Shown: piece after piece, positions 1 through 12,683 of the stretch
How the letters are laid out: the number at the start of each line of letters is the position of its first letter
How positions within the stretch are numbered: the first letter of the stretch is position 1
Assembly: GCA_010015585.1 (NCBI GenBank)
Contig: ML975172.1
DNA from: Eremomyces bilateralis CBS 781.70
Taxonomy: Eukaryota
Direction: 5' to 3' (one strand)
Length of the DNA: 36,876 nucleotides
The notes under the pieces: generated by a model
Told to the model about the DNA's origin: nothing
Databases searched by the model: none
Seen by the model: the letters and a program-made list of their open reading frames with translations, nothing else
Translations under genes and position numbers: made by a program

Positions 1-3000
1 TCTCAAGTAGCCATGACACAACATCGAACGACGTGATTTCTCCTTTCAATGCCGCTCCGCGATGATCTCGAATGCTCTGATTCACCTCCGGTGGCAAAAA
101 GAACGTGACGCTTTGGGTAGTGCCAAGAAGGCGAAGTCGCATGGCAGCTGCTTGTTGTTAGCCGATTCGCGAGATCTGTAAGGAATTTGAGGTTACTTAG
201 TGTTGACAAACCTTGGACAAGTTGATCTTTTGTTTGAGACAACCCTAGTGTTAGAGCGCCCCGTGCATTGACTGGGAGCTTCAAGTCTGTTCCACGGGCA
301 TGGGACTGATCAATATAAACAAGACATCCAGCAAGATTATCCGCGAAAGACGAAGCCAGGAGTGGGACGAGTGTCCCCCCCTTAGAGTAGATCATAGGCT
401 TGCTATTTTTGTCGAAAAACAGGGCAGCAGTAGCACTGTGACCTTCGGAACCGTGTAACTTACTGTCCACACCTAGCCATTCCTTGACTAGTGTCAGATT
501 GTCCATCTCAAGGACTTGAGCACCAGCATCGATAAGGATCATTATCCCTTTCTCGCAGAGCATCCGCAGTAAACCGTTCTCACCAATGTGCTTTCCCTGG
601 AGGTCCACAGCTAGGACACAGTCCCTATTTCTCGGCTTCAGAAGATATATGAGAACTTCGGCATTGACACTAGACAGCTTTGGTAGGTCTTGCTGCTTTA
701 TGTTGAACGGAAGTAAGAACCGATTGTCGTTAGTACCGCTGAACCCTGTGGTGAGGGCCAGAGCTCCTCTAGCCTGACCTTTACCACCCGTAGTCTGCAT
801 AGGAGGGGCTGCCGAGGAAGACTGTGCTAAAGGAATATCCCATGATGAACTCTGCAGCTTATGTGGGAAAACCTTGGCATGCTTTGGAAAGGCCAAGTTA
901 TTAAGAAAATAGTCAATGACAGGCACCTCAAGCCGCAGGCAACTCCATAATTCCTTGAGCTGAATCTCGTCATCGAGATTGATGGCCATCCAATCCTTCA
1001 GCGAGTCGGGTACAGCCCCCTGGGCATGTATCCATCTCTCGTAGTGGCTGGCAGGATCATCGGTCTGCATCAGGTGCTGAAGGGCCCCACGGAGCTGCTG
1101 AGGGGTAAGTCCACCGTAATAGAAGGATAGCGATGTCAGCAAGAGCGATACATCTGGCTGACCGAATTCGGCTTGTTCACTAGGGACACCTTTTGCATGA
1201 AACGGCACGCTTATGGGCTCTCGATCCGGATGTAGTCCGTATTGTACGTTCCATCTCTTTTTTAGCGTAAGGATCAGAATCCGGTGCACAAATAACCCCC
1301 GCAGAAGGTAGATCACGTCTCGGATGGTCGGTATTTCACAAAACCCGTTACGAATCGCTTCAACATCAACAGGAGTGACCTTCTCCTCTGAAATGAATCT
1401 CCGAATCTGCTCTCCATGTTCTTGAAGGACCTCTCCTTGAGGGAGAATGCTACTTCTGCCGGAGCAAATGTCATCAACCAGTCTGTTGACCAACGCAATC
1501 TCTGCATCCCGCCTCATGAAGTATACCATTGGGAAACCGCCGTTGGGTCGTTCAACGACCTCGATGGAGGTTGGAAACTGCTGGTGGATGCTCCAAAAGT
1601 GCACCTTCGCTAGGCTCAACACTTTCTCCACAGTTCCCCAGCGATGAGAATGACCAGGAAGCACCTTCTGAGAACCGGAGGGGTAAATCAACTGCGTTTG
1701 GACGGCTAGAATACTGTCGCTTTCGTCTAGAATATCGCGACACCGTCTCTCGAGCCAATTTTGAACGTTCTATCGAGCGTTAGTCATCAAACAGCTGGCG
1801 ATTCAATCCAATGGGGTACCGTACTATCATTGGAGTAGCCTGCTCTACCTTCCCGTCAAGAAGCATCTGGAGACCGCTCAACTTGAAGGAGAGACCATGT
1901 TCCGGGTTTTGGATCAAAATGCCACCCGAGCGCCTCACAGCCTGATGTAGATCGTGATATGCCCTAATGTTCTGCACGGTGGCACGTGTCCTTCGAGAAA
2001 AGGGGATATGTGAGACTTCCCTTCCAATTAGCCCTCCAAGGCGGGATTGCAAAACTTGCGCTGACTGCAAAAGCAGACTTCTCGGTACAATCAACCGGAC
2101 CAGGCGCCTTGTATCAGCAAGCACGCAGGCCACCATCGGGAAGACAACGCTACTCTTACCTTGCCCCATATTCATCTGTAGAAGAGAGTTCATCCCACCA
2201 GAGGGGCTTATTGTCGCCATCGCGACGTCCACCTGCTCAGGACGAATCGAAATATTGGACTCGATTTCCAGCAGAAGCCAGTCTGGGAACCGTTTCGGAT
2301 CCCAGTTCCGAGTGCCCATATTCGCAACTTCGGCGTGGAGAATTTGATCATTGCTTCTGGACGCAGCTGCCCATAGACGAAGGAGTCGCTGCAGTCGAGT
2401 GATAGCATCTGCGAAGTGGAAGACGAAATCTTTGGCTGGGCCCACAAGTCGGGCTCCGGCCGAAGTGCGAATTGTCTCTAACAACGAGACAACGCTCACT
2501 GCCGGCCAGAGCCCGCCGCTCTGCATCCAGAAGGCTTGCGGTGATGCTGAAGAAGGTCCATTTTGCGCGGCACAAAGGAGTTGGAATATGTCAGATCGAG
2601 CTTGCTCGATATATGACTGTAGCGTCTGACTATTGAGCTCGCCTAATCCCATGCGATCCATAGTTTTGGTGGACTTGAATGCATCCAGACTCTTGCGTAA
2701 ATCCGCACCGTACAGATTCCGAATTGAAGAACCACTTTGGACGAGGGGCGTCAGGATTTTTTCTAGCTCAATCACCTCTGCGGAGGCATTTAGTGGTTGG
2801 CGGGTGTTTGGATGGGATTCTCCAGGGCCATTTTCGATCCGATGCTGGGAGAAAAGCTCCTCCAAGGGGAACATCCGGCCCATGGATCTGAACGACACCC
2901 CATCAATCTGGAAGCTTAAGGGAAGCAGCGAAGCCAGGATTTCTGTCGTTGTCCTCTTGTCAATCTCTGCCCGGCAATTATCGAGATGAAACCTTTTCTG

Positions 3001-6000
3001 GGAAAATGACTTAGGGAAAGTATCGTTTTGCGATACGTAAAGCTTGTGCAAGGCGTGCTGCACTGCCTCAATGTACGGTGAGAGACGGAAGTTCGCGTAG
3101 AGACGGCACCATTCTGCCTTTAAGCTGTCTAAAGCATCGTCGAGCCTGATATAGCCGAATGCAATGTCGGACAACCCTTTCACATTGTGCCAAGCGCACG
3201 GGAATTGTATTGTCAGTAGATCGCCCAGCCGATCACAATCGCGCTTGACATGGCGCTCATAGTCCTTGCGGATGTCGGTCTGCTCGGTTCGTGAAAATTG
3301 TCGAATCTCAGGGGGAGGAGGCTCGGCAAACTCAGGGACTCTTTCATGAATGAATGATTTTCGAAACTTTTGATATGCCTTGAAGCCAACAAAACATTCG
3401 AACTCAGGCGGCGGTATGACTTTGAGTTCTTCGACAAATACGTAGACCAGGAGCGTACGTATTGCATCCATGTCAACTTCATCTCGGAAACAGATCTTCG
3501 CAAACAGGAACATCATCATGCTTTCGTCTTCCAGGTTCAAGCATCTGCAAAGTGACACCAGGCTGCCCCAGTGCTCCGATATATTGAGGGACAATATCTC
3601 GGAGAGAACGCCACCGGAAAAAGGTGTATCGAACCCCCCGATAAGCGGCCAACTCTCAAGTTTGCCCATAAGATCTTCACAGGTTTGGAGAGAGCTTGGA
3701 TTTGCATTTCTGACATCTTTCACAACCCGGATGACATTCAACCGCGCTGCAGACCCACTGTCGTCGCCTCTGGCTTGGTAGAGTAGATCTACAACCCCGG
3801 TGAGCGGTTCCTCTATGCTCGCGAGTCTTTGATACAGGAGCCGTCGGTACCGGCTTCGATCAGAGAGATGGGCATCGCCTTGAGACTCATCCATCTGGTA
3901 TGGCGTACCATTCGTGTCATAGAATCGCCCAAGCTCATTTGATTTAGCCAAGATACGCTGCACCGCGCTTAGATACGGTTCTTGCTGAATGTGTGTGGTG
4001 AGGTGTGAATCCCATGTGATACTTTGCATCCTCTTCATCTCAGGAGGATAGTAGACTCTGATAGGAGTTAGGTGTGCGATCTGTGTCAGAATTGTTTTGT
4101 GCAAGGTGGGATTGAGCGGTTGCCAAGGAATGCTAGACGCTGAACGTAAGCAATGCAATGCCTCCTCGGATCCAGTACGCCGGGTCAGTGGATCTGGTAG
4201 AATCCATGACGTGTACGCATGAAGAAGGGCCTTTTCGTAAAGAAATCGCGGCTCTGGAGCACAGTCGATTCGTCCCAAAGTATCGTTTACAAAGTACCTG
4301 CAAACTGTTAGCAAGCGCTCAAAAATCTGATTCCTTCGTCAAAATATTGTCCGAACGGGTGTATACAAGGCTCCAAAGGGGCACCATCAAGCTTAGAAGG
4401 ACATACCTATAGTATCCATCGCCCTCCATCTTAACGGCGACCCTTACATGCGCGCCGGACCTGGTGAATTGAAGCGGTCCAAATGGTACCAGAACGAAAC
4501 GTTCCCCAGGGTTATTGACATCCTTAAAAACTATTTTAGAATAAAGGCCATAGAACGTCCCACAGTCCTGATTCAAGTCAAACTCGGCTCGAAGTTGCCA
4601 GCTCTCCAACCGTTGTTGGCTGTTCACAAAAAAGCTGAGATCGAGTCGTTTGAGCTCTGCGAAGAGACGCTTCTTTCCCTGGAAGACTGTAATGAACCCT
4701 GGAAGCTCAAAGAACCGGAAATGGTCTACCATTAACCGGTAAATGTAAGAGTTGGGATCTACCAAAACAGACCCCCGTCGATGAGCAGTGCGCTTGTAGT
4801 AGTTGATCGCCCAATTGGAATACTTCAAATTCCAGATGTCGGGCTTCCGGCGGATATCGATGGTGCCTGTGCCAAGATCAAGCCAGTGATAGCAGCTATC
4901 GACCAGATCTGCAGGGAGATCATAGCTTCGTTCGTCAGGATAGAAGAGTTTCCGTGGTAGCAACTCCAGAAGTCTGCGTTGGAACACTGCACGGATAACA
5001 AGCTTGCCGTTACGGAGACCGAAATGGACCTCATGTCCATTCATGTGAGTGGCTAGGCAGTAATCCATTCCTTCGATGTTACTCGGCCACGTAAAAAGAG
5101 TCTCGAAGCCAAACAACTCTTTCAGAAGCTCCAGTTCGCGATGAGTAGGGGGGAGCTGGCCAAGGGGCTCATTGTTGATGAGCAGATGCCCCTCGATGTA
5201 GTTCAACTGCACAGATCGCTTGTCGAGAAGTTGTCCTTCAGCACCACCAGCATTAGGGATGTCCACAGTGATCTCGATCCAATTCTGGTATGGTGCATGT
5301 AAGAATGTGCATTCGGAGTAGATCATCGCCTTTCCCGCATCCTTTTGAGAAAAGACATGGTCAAGAGCACTGGTGATTCCTTTAGGTCGTGCCTCTATCG
5401 ATGAGCGCACCAAATTCTCAATCGCCGCACGCAATCCAATGTCTCTGACTAGGGCATTCTTCAGAGGAATAGGCAACGTATGTGGGTCGCAGTTCAAGTT
5501 GTCCTTCAAGACGATAGAGGAAAATATAAACTGCTCCAGCTCCGATGAAGTGAGCCTCGAATTTGTCTCTGCTCTTCCTGACAAGGTGATTCGGCACAAG
5601 AGAGAGCCCCAGAGGGAGTATGTCGTGACTTTATTCGAGACGTCTGCGTCAGAAGTTCCCTTCAGCATGATTGTTCGCAAGTCCTGGATCCATCCGAAAG
5701 TGATCTCTCGCGCAGTCTTCAGCAATTTCAACGTCCTGGTTTTTGAAACATCGCGATGGGCAAGCGATTGGATCCGTAACGCAAGAGTGATGATCATTTC
5801 CATGACAGCGTATTCGCGGAAGTTGCCCCATAAAACATCAACACGCTGTTCCAGTTGTGCAACTAGCTTCTCGCAAAAGTAGTTGTCTTCGAAGACAGCG
5901 TGAGCTGTACGCCGGACTCCATCCCTGTGTCCCGGACCAGCTTGTAACGCTAGGCGCGAAAATAGGAGTACTGTTGCTTCTGCGCTGAAGTTCAGATTTA

Positions 6001-8570
6001 GGGATCCGAGTTCAACGAGCATCGTTTGCCATCTAGAAGCCATCGTTCCTGGAAGTGAGAGAAAGGACAGATATTCATGCACATTCGTGCCGTTCGCACA
6101 ATGGAACTGCGCTGCAAGAACCTCGGATGTAGAGGGGCCTGTGATACCAGTGGAGATTTCCCTAAGGAGTGGAAAAGCGGATTGGGTTGATCCAGCGGGG
6201 ACCTGAAGCATGCAGTGCCTCGAGAATGATGGGCGGGCAGTATCCTTCAACCAGACACCGGATTCAATGTCGTAGTACTCCCAGTTCAGATTATTCTCGC
6301 AGAGGATATCCTCGAGATCCACTGGAAATGCGCTCTCCTTGTAATGGGTTTCTAGAAGCGATTTCGACTGCGACGCAAGCACAACACCCGTCGCTTGGGT
6401 ATGACAGGAGCGGCGGGCAAGCTGAGAATATGTGTGGACAAAATCTTTTGGCTCCTTTCCAGCTCCCACTTCTAGCCCAAGTGTCCTGAGGACCTTGAAT
6501 GTCGAATCTCTATATTTCAGGTAGGAGTCAGGCGCTAAGAGTTCAAAACACACCACCCGCGCCTTGACCTCATCTGAGGGCAACGGATTCTCGAGGATGC
6601 GAATTCTCATTCTTTTTGTGACCCTCCCGAGATAGCATCGCCCACATCCGTCAGAATCGTGGATCTGGCCATAGGGCCACTCACCGTTCTCTGTGTACAA
6701 ACAAGTGAGAGATGCCCGCTTTTTCATGTAGTCTGTGTACTCCGACGTGAGAGATTCCCATTCATCCTTCTTATCAGTCCGACGCACTTGGTGTACTGCG
6801 TGCAGATGCTTAAATAGCGACTGGAGTGCCGCAGAGCTATGCCCTTCCTTAAAGTATCGATGGGCAAAGCAACTGGGTCCCGGACTCTCGAAAATCGTGA
6901 CAGCACCCATTCGAGCATTAGAGTGCCTACGATCTAGGTACAGCTGGACTTTTGCCAACCGGTGCATATCGGCGAGTTTTGGAATTTCCAAACCGTGTAG
7001 CAGGCTCGATGAAAACGGTGGCACGTACTCTCTGAGTAACGGATAGTGTTTAATGGCGCCTCGGTCCATGGCCACCCAGAGATCCATCACAAGGAGGATC
7101 ATCAAACTGCATTGAACAGAGTCGCCAGCATATGCCTCCAACGCAGCAGCGAGGCATGTGTCGATCCAGCTTGTAATCTCGGCCAAGGAAAGCGGGTGTT
7201 CGGTATCAACAAGCGCAGCGCGTATCTCCAACTCCTTCGCAGCGAGGGACGTATATCGCTTTGTGAATTCTGACGCTGGATCGGACACATGTGTGCTGGG
7301 CGGCTGGTGATTCCGGGTCTTGTACCCCGAAATCTTGGCTTCATCAAGGAGCTTTTGGATATACTGGCCGCTGTGGGGGAGGGATAATGTGCAATCCTTT
7401 GGTGAAGCTCTAAGCGGAATTCGGTAGACTGGTCTCTTGGTCTTGGTCTTGAAATTTTCCCAAACGTCCGCCAAATATGTATTGGTCCGATTCAGCGCGT
7501 TCTTGAAATAAGGCTGTCCCCACGCAAGGAGCACCTCGTACGTTTGTTTCGCAGAAGGTGAGGCAACTTCGCGATCAGACTCCATTTTCGTGAGTTTTCG
7601 AGCGAGCTTTGCTTTCAGTAATTCCAACTCTTCACATTCGAGCTTGCCGATGCAATCTTGGAGAAAGTTGCATAGCAACATACACATGACCATCTTGTAA
7701 AGTGCCCGTCCTGAGCGCTTAGACTGCAGCATGAGGGTCCTTTGCACCGCCACCCGAAGGGTTAGCCAGACGGCAGATCTCCTCCACGGCTTGTCAGAGT
7801 CATGCCAAACCACGTCATCGCGAACACGCTTTCTGAGCAACGGTACGTTGGCTCGGTAACCACATGCCTCAACAAGAGACAATAGGCATCCCGTAATGAG
7901 GGAGGGGTCCGCTGTTTCACGAGTCTCGATGATCTGGGCGCCAGCTTTCTTCGTTCGGGCAGCGAACCGATCAATAGACTCCGTAGCAGCTTGTTCCAGA
8001 AATTCTGCGAGCTGCTCTTGAAACAAAGGCTTCTCGAAGTCTGTGTGCAACATTGCAGAACTGGTGGTAGGAAAATCCCAACGCAACGCACTAGTCGCTG
8101 CGAGGACTTGGTCGCAAAGAGGCGAGGCCTCGAACGCCTCAAAGAACACCTGAGCGTGGTCACCACCCCTACAGGAAGTTAGACGAGTGCAAGATAGTCA
8201 ATCATATATTCACTTACTGGCTGTCATATCGGATAACAAGACCACAATTTTGTTCCTTGATGTAGAGTACAAGTGACATGCCAGGTCCAAGTTCGGCCAA
8301 TGCTGCCAGGAGCTTCGCTTTGTCCATGGCATTTTCGAAATTCACAGTCCTGAAAGACTGAAGCATAATACGAATGCTGTTGAACTGGGGCGCCCACTCC
8401 AGTGGACCCTCGCCTGCTGCCACTTTGCAAGCTGCGATCATTCGATTCGTCAACTCAAGGTCGACAGCATCGATGAACGGCTCGGCTTTGCCAGGAAGAT
8501 TTGGGGGTAGTGCAATATGGTTGAACACGGCCTTCGGCAAAGCGGCCATGTTCCTCACTTCGGTTGCCAT
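1..8570 (-). CDS. Giant fungal DUF6606/DUF3638/DUF3645-type protein with an SF2/SecA-like P-loop NTPase core; 3' end lies outside the window. Exons 8570-8218, 8168-4407, 4297-1825, 1769-212, 147-<1 (>2,760 aa)
   Basis: Four GT-AG introns (8169-8217, 4298-4406, 1770-1824, 148-211), each with a CTAAC branch site, join the ORF-track pieces in frame. Motifs typical of this family: N-terminal FNHIALPP...QNCGL...FEAFEASP; KRVRDDVVW...PWRRS; PDWLLLEIE; QMNMGQGKSSV (Walker A); RDILDESD (Walker B, revealed by splicing); KRWNVQYGLHP.R...VPFHAKGVPS; TGFSGTND; IDAGAQ; RGTDLKLP; QAAMRLR. Confidence 0.88.
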
Positions 8571-8701
8571 TTTCAGAGTGGTAGCGAGAGTAAAGTGAAC
8601 GAACGAAGGTTAGAATTTTGAAATAAAAAATATGCGAGAGAAATGATACAGAGAAACGGCTTGCAAACCCGGGTGATAAAGGCAACCGGGGATGAATGGA
8701 T

Positions 8702-8734
8702 TGCTTTGGTGGAGTGCTTTGGTGGAGTGCTTTG
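8702..8734. repeat. 13-bp tandem repeat TGCTTTGGTGGAG x2.5
   Basis: Directly visible: tgctttggtggag-tgctttggtggag-tgctttg, about 130 bp upstream of the DUF3638 gene start. Confidence 0.8.
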
Positions 8735-9347
8735 ATGCGAGGACAACACGCAGATTGAGTTCGGTTGAAATGCCCGACGGATTGCAGATGATCCACGTGT
8801 CTCAGTGCCTCAACGACTGCGATGTCTCCAATATGTGAGCAGATATCTTTACTAAATGACAGGTAAAGAATCCGGTGGTTCTGATGGAGACGTGATTGCA
8901 ATGAAACAGGACAGGAACAAGCTGTTTGATCGCTCCTGATCGATGTAGCATGCGATGGAGCTATGAATGGTTAGATCTGAAAAATAGAGAGAAGTGAGTG
9001 CGTGACGAATGGAAGATGAAAGGGAGTGGGTGGAGGAAAGATGAAAGTGAGTGGGAGGAAGAAAGCGAGTGATCCAGGTTAAGGGGATAAGTCTTTAGAA
9101 GTCGCCTGGTATGTAGATCACTCACTTCTTGTCGCTTCATGTGAAGGAAGCCTTGTGTATTATGTATGCCCTTCGGCAGCCTCCAGGACACTGAACGACA
9201 TCTGCTTGGCTTCGAAATAGCGTGTTTTTTGTAGCGAAATCAGCTGTGCGGGTGAAAACTCACTCGACAAAGCCACATGACAGAGCCATATTCAATTCAA
9301 CCCTAAACAAACTTGCGGCTGAGGCGGTGAAACCAGTCAATCCTGAT

Positions 9348-9704
9348 ATGCATGTCTCATATCCAGACGCGTCTCTTCGCGTCCCTGCTAAGGATTCTGG
9401 ACAGGACATTAGCACATTGACAGACACGGCCATGGGCGGTTCTGATCTTCCATCAGAGACTTTCGCATGGTGGATAGGTATACTAACACAAAAAGGTTTT
9501 CTAGACCAAATCTACAAGAGTTTTGCAAATTTCAACGCGTTTGATCAAGACGTGAGGTTGGATTGCCAAGAAACGCCCATAGCCGCTAAACCTTATTTGA
9601 AGTTCATAGGATCCATCAAAAACGGATCGGTCAGAGATGGAATTGAACAATGGCGAGCTGGGAGCACCCGTTTGTCGGATGGCTGGGCATTTCTTCCGAG
9701 TTAG
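9348..9704 (+). CDS. Possible small orphan hypothetical protein (118 aa from the first ATG; frame open from 9222)
   Basis: A 483-nt stop-free frame in intergenic DNA with no recognisable motif. It may be non-coding. Confidence 0.2.
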   Translation: MHVSYPDASLRVPAKDSGQDISTLTDTAMGGSDLPSETFAWWIGILTQKGFLDQIYKSFANFNAFDQDVRLDCQETPIAAKPYLKFIGSIKNGSVRDGIEQWRAGSTRLSDGWAFLPS

Positions 9705-9891
9705 AGGATGGACGTACTCTGGCTGAAACCGTCATGCATTTTGCTACCATTCCTATGCTAAACTGAAAATGCTATGTACGGGTGCTGGAAACGAAGAGCA
9801 AATGTGCCACCACCACTCCGCCCTAGTGTCGGACATGAGTGCATGAAAAGAAGGCACGCTCCATGGTTGAGTAGACGGGGATTCGGGAAAT

Positions 9892-9938
9892 CTGTAATCT
9901 CGCGCGTTAGGTCGCAAAGAAGAAGTATGAGCCCTTAC
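9892..9938 (-). other. Putative spliceosomal intron in the 3' UTR of the RBM39-like gene (47 nt)
   Basis: Minus strand reads GTAAGG-GCTCATACTTCTTCTTTGCGAC-CTAAC-GCGCGAGATTA-CAG. Donor, branch and acceptor are canonical, and the length is close to the gene's three coding introns (49-51 nt). It starts 184 nt downstream of the stop codon. Confidence 0.6.
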
Positions 9939-10122
9939 TCGTGGAAAAGGCATTGTCGGAACCCAACCCGTCGTCCGCATTGGATCGCCCGGACTTCTCG
10001 AGTGGGCGGAACGAATTCCCGACCGCGGCACGGCCCATGACGTTTGCCGCCCAAGAAAATCGTCTGCGTGCTGTCAGCGTCGCCCTGCAGGTGTTGGGTG
10101 GCCACGGTAGGTAGCTCCGGCT

Positions 10123-12042
10123 CTAGAGAGCCTTGGTCCGCGAGAAGAGGGAGCTGTAGACGGCGTCAACGACCGGTTGGGCGCTGATGATGCGGCCGCC
10201 GAAGAATCGGCCGTTGAGACCTTTCATGGCGTTCTCTCCTCCCTGGATGGTCGAAAACTTGACGTAGACGTCGCCCTGCGAGCTGGGGTCAACGGAAATG
10301 TGGACGACGTGCCCATACTTCGCTTCACACTCCGCGGAGATGTCCTCTTCGAGTTCTTTGAACCAGGTGTCACCCTCTTCCTCACTACGAATGGATTAGC
10401 ATATGGTCGTGCACTCTGGGAAGGGTTTAACTCACTTTGGGTCGAACATGTTTTTAAGCACGATGGAACGGCTGGCTTGGGGGGCACTCATAGACGTTTG
10501 AGCAGTAGGTTTGGCGGTGGGTCGCTTCTGGTGGGAGGGAGCCTCCGCCGGTTCATCGGTACGCGCGAGTTTTCGCATTAGGGAGTCTCTGCTGTAATTG
10601 TTGAAGTTTACACCTGCAACATCGGTGTCATCAAGGGCGCTGGCACCTCCGGCGCCACGGTCGTTGTCACGGCCTCCAGCACGATCAAACCCTGCTCCGC
10701 CAGCTTGGACGCCACGGCCTCCGCTTCCGGAGAAGGCCGAGCCTTGGTAATTCGATGGCTGGTTCATGCCGCCGAAACGTTGCAGGAGGTTGGCGGTGGA
10801 TTCGTTGGTGAACTTGTCGTTGCCGAGGCCAACGCGGATGGCACGTCCTGCTAAGTCAAATCCATTCATTTTCTCAAGAGCATCGCGAGCAGCTTGGGGG
10901 TCACGGAACCTTTGGATTTGTTAGTATTGGAAGGTTATACAGAAACAGAATGGACTTACTGAACAAACCCGTAGCCTTTGCTGCGGCCGTGTTCTTCCTT
11001 CTGCAATTGGACGAATTCCAATTCACCGAAAGCCTCGAAGACTTGCTGTAGATCACTCTCAGTGATGCTGAAGTGGATGTTGCCAACATACAGCCTGTGG
11101 AATGGAACACCAGTAGACCCTGCATTCCCTTCGGCGGTTCGGGCTTGTCGATTCTTCTCGGCTTCGGTGAGCTGGGCAATGATGGGGATACCTAGTAGCT
11201 TTTGGCCCGTAAGTTGAATCGCCAATTGAACAGACTCTTCGTTCTTGAACTCGACATAGCCCACACTGGCATACGTTAGCTATCATCCTAGGATATGGAA
11301 CGTGAAGACATTACCCCTTCGAGCGGTTGCTCACTCGATCCTTGACAATCTGGGCTTCCTTCACCGGACCAACCTTCTCGAAGAACGTAATCAACTCCTT
11401 GGTTCGAAGACGGGCAGCCAACTGCTGGACAAAGATAGTGCGACGATCTCTCTCGTCTTCAGTGAGCTGAGGCGACTTAGACTTGCCACGTTTCGCGGAC
11501 GGCGATGGACGACGACCATCCCTCCCTCTCCCCCGCACACCTTCCCGGTCACCTCGGTCTCGGTCTCGATCGTCTCGGCGTTCGCGACCCCCGGGTCGAT
11601 AGTGTCTGTCACCGTCATTTGAACGAGATCTGGATCTGGCTTTCCCATTTCCACGATAATAGTCCCCTCCCGACGCACGATACGGATCTTCTACATCGGC
11701 CGATTCGCGCCGCGGTTCACGTCGAGAGCGGTGCCGTTCCTCAGGGCTTCGGCTGCGACGTCGGCTCTTCAGACTGCCGGCAGCACTTCCGGCACGCTCG
11801 CTGCGCGCTCGCTCACTCCGGTCGTCACGCGGTTCATCGCCGTCGATATCTCGGGATTTCCGGTCTCGACTACGGTCCTTTCGTTTGCGATCGTGATCTC
11901 GGTCGCGGCTGGAGTCTCGGGCGCGGTCTTTCTCGCGTCGTTCATGACGGCTGCTCTTGTGCCGGTCTTCGCGCTCCGCCGAGGCACGTTCCTTGGCGTT
12001 GGCGGTGGAGTCGAGAAGAGCTTCAACGTCGAGACCTGACAT
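10123..12042 (-). CDS. rsd1: RBM39/CAPER-like (CC1 family; Rsd1/PAD-1) RS-RRM-RRM-UHM splicing factor, 589 aa. Exons 12042-11315, 11265-10960, 10909-10436, 10384-10123
   Basis: N-terminal RS/RD-rich region. RRM1 (RTIFVQQL...RSKGVGYVEF) and RRM2 (RLYVGNIHF...SKGYGFVQF). RBM39 linker ([11 protein letters not shown]). UHM (IVLKNMFDP...YGHVVHI...LNGRFFGGR). Introns 11266-11314, 10910-10959 (AAG acceptor) and 10385-10435 keep the frame; TAG at 10123-10125. Confidence 0.95.
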
Positions 12043-12683
12043 GTTGGTGTTGGATACAGTTCGTTAAGTGGTCAGATTTCGATTGTGTGGTGATCACTTT
12101 GATGAATCAGAGTGAGTTGTGCGTGTAAAGGTTGAAGGCGAACCCTTTTGTGCTATGAAACAAGGGTTTTGCAACGGCTGCGGGGAATTTTCCTGTACAA
12201 TGTTCCCTTGCTGTACCCTTTGGTATTGCAAACGGCTTAATATCGTGCGTCTTGATGCAGTAGAGTTCAGGTACAAGCCAGGTGAGTTTGATGGTGGAAA
12301 CTGGAGGAGAGGAAAGTCACAGGCATTGCAGATCGACATGGAGGCGGCAATCGCCGTAATTCCAAGATTTGACACATTTTCATTGTCCACGTGACCGCCA
12401 TTCAATCGGTCGTACGAAGATGGGGGATCTTTTGAAGCAGACAGTTTTTAAGGTCTATGACCATAACATAATGAGTGCTGATCACATTCAGGTATGAATC
12501 AGGATATAAGACGTAGGTAAACATCAATATTGGCTAAGTGGAGGTATTATTCGAGACTGTTTATACAGTTCTCAGGCCGTGGCAAATTATAGGGATTAGG
12601 ATCTCAATATGAACCCGTCGAAGTTCGTTTCCATAACCATTACAACTCCAAGCAACAAAGTCCATTGATCAGAAATAAAGTCT

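Noticed and set aside
1..8570. Reading the four large minus-strand ORFs as separate genes or as a frameshifted pseudogene
   Set aside because: Every break is explained by a canonical GT-AG intron with a CTAAC branch that restores the frame and conserved motifs.
9299..9306. AACCCTAA (and TAGGGTAAGGGT near 19209-19220) as a telomerase-RNA template or telomeric seed
   Set aside because: Too short or imperfect, expected by chance, and no supporting pseudoknot or other TER elements were recognised.
11505..12128. 207-aa and other + strand ORFs over RBM39 exon 1
   Set aside because: Antisense to the RS/RD-repeat region; artefacts of repetitive codons.
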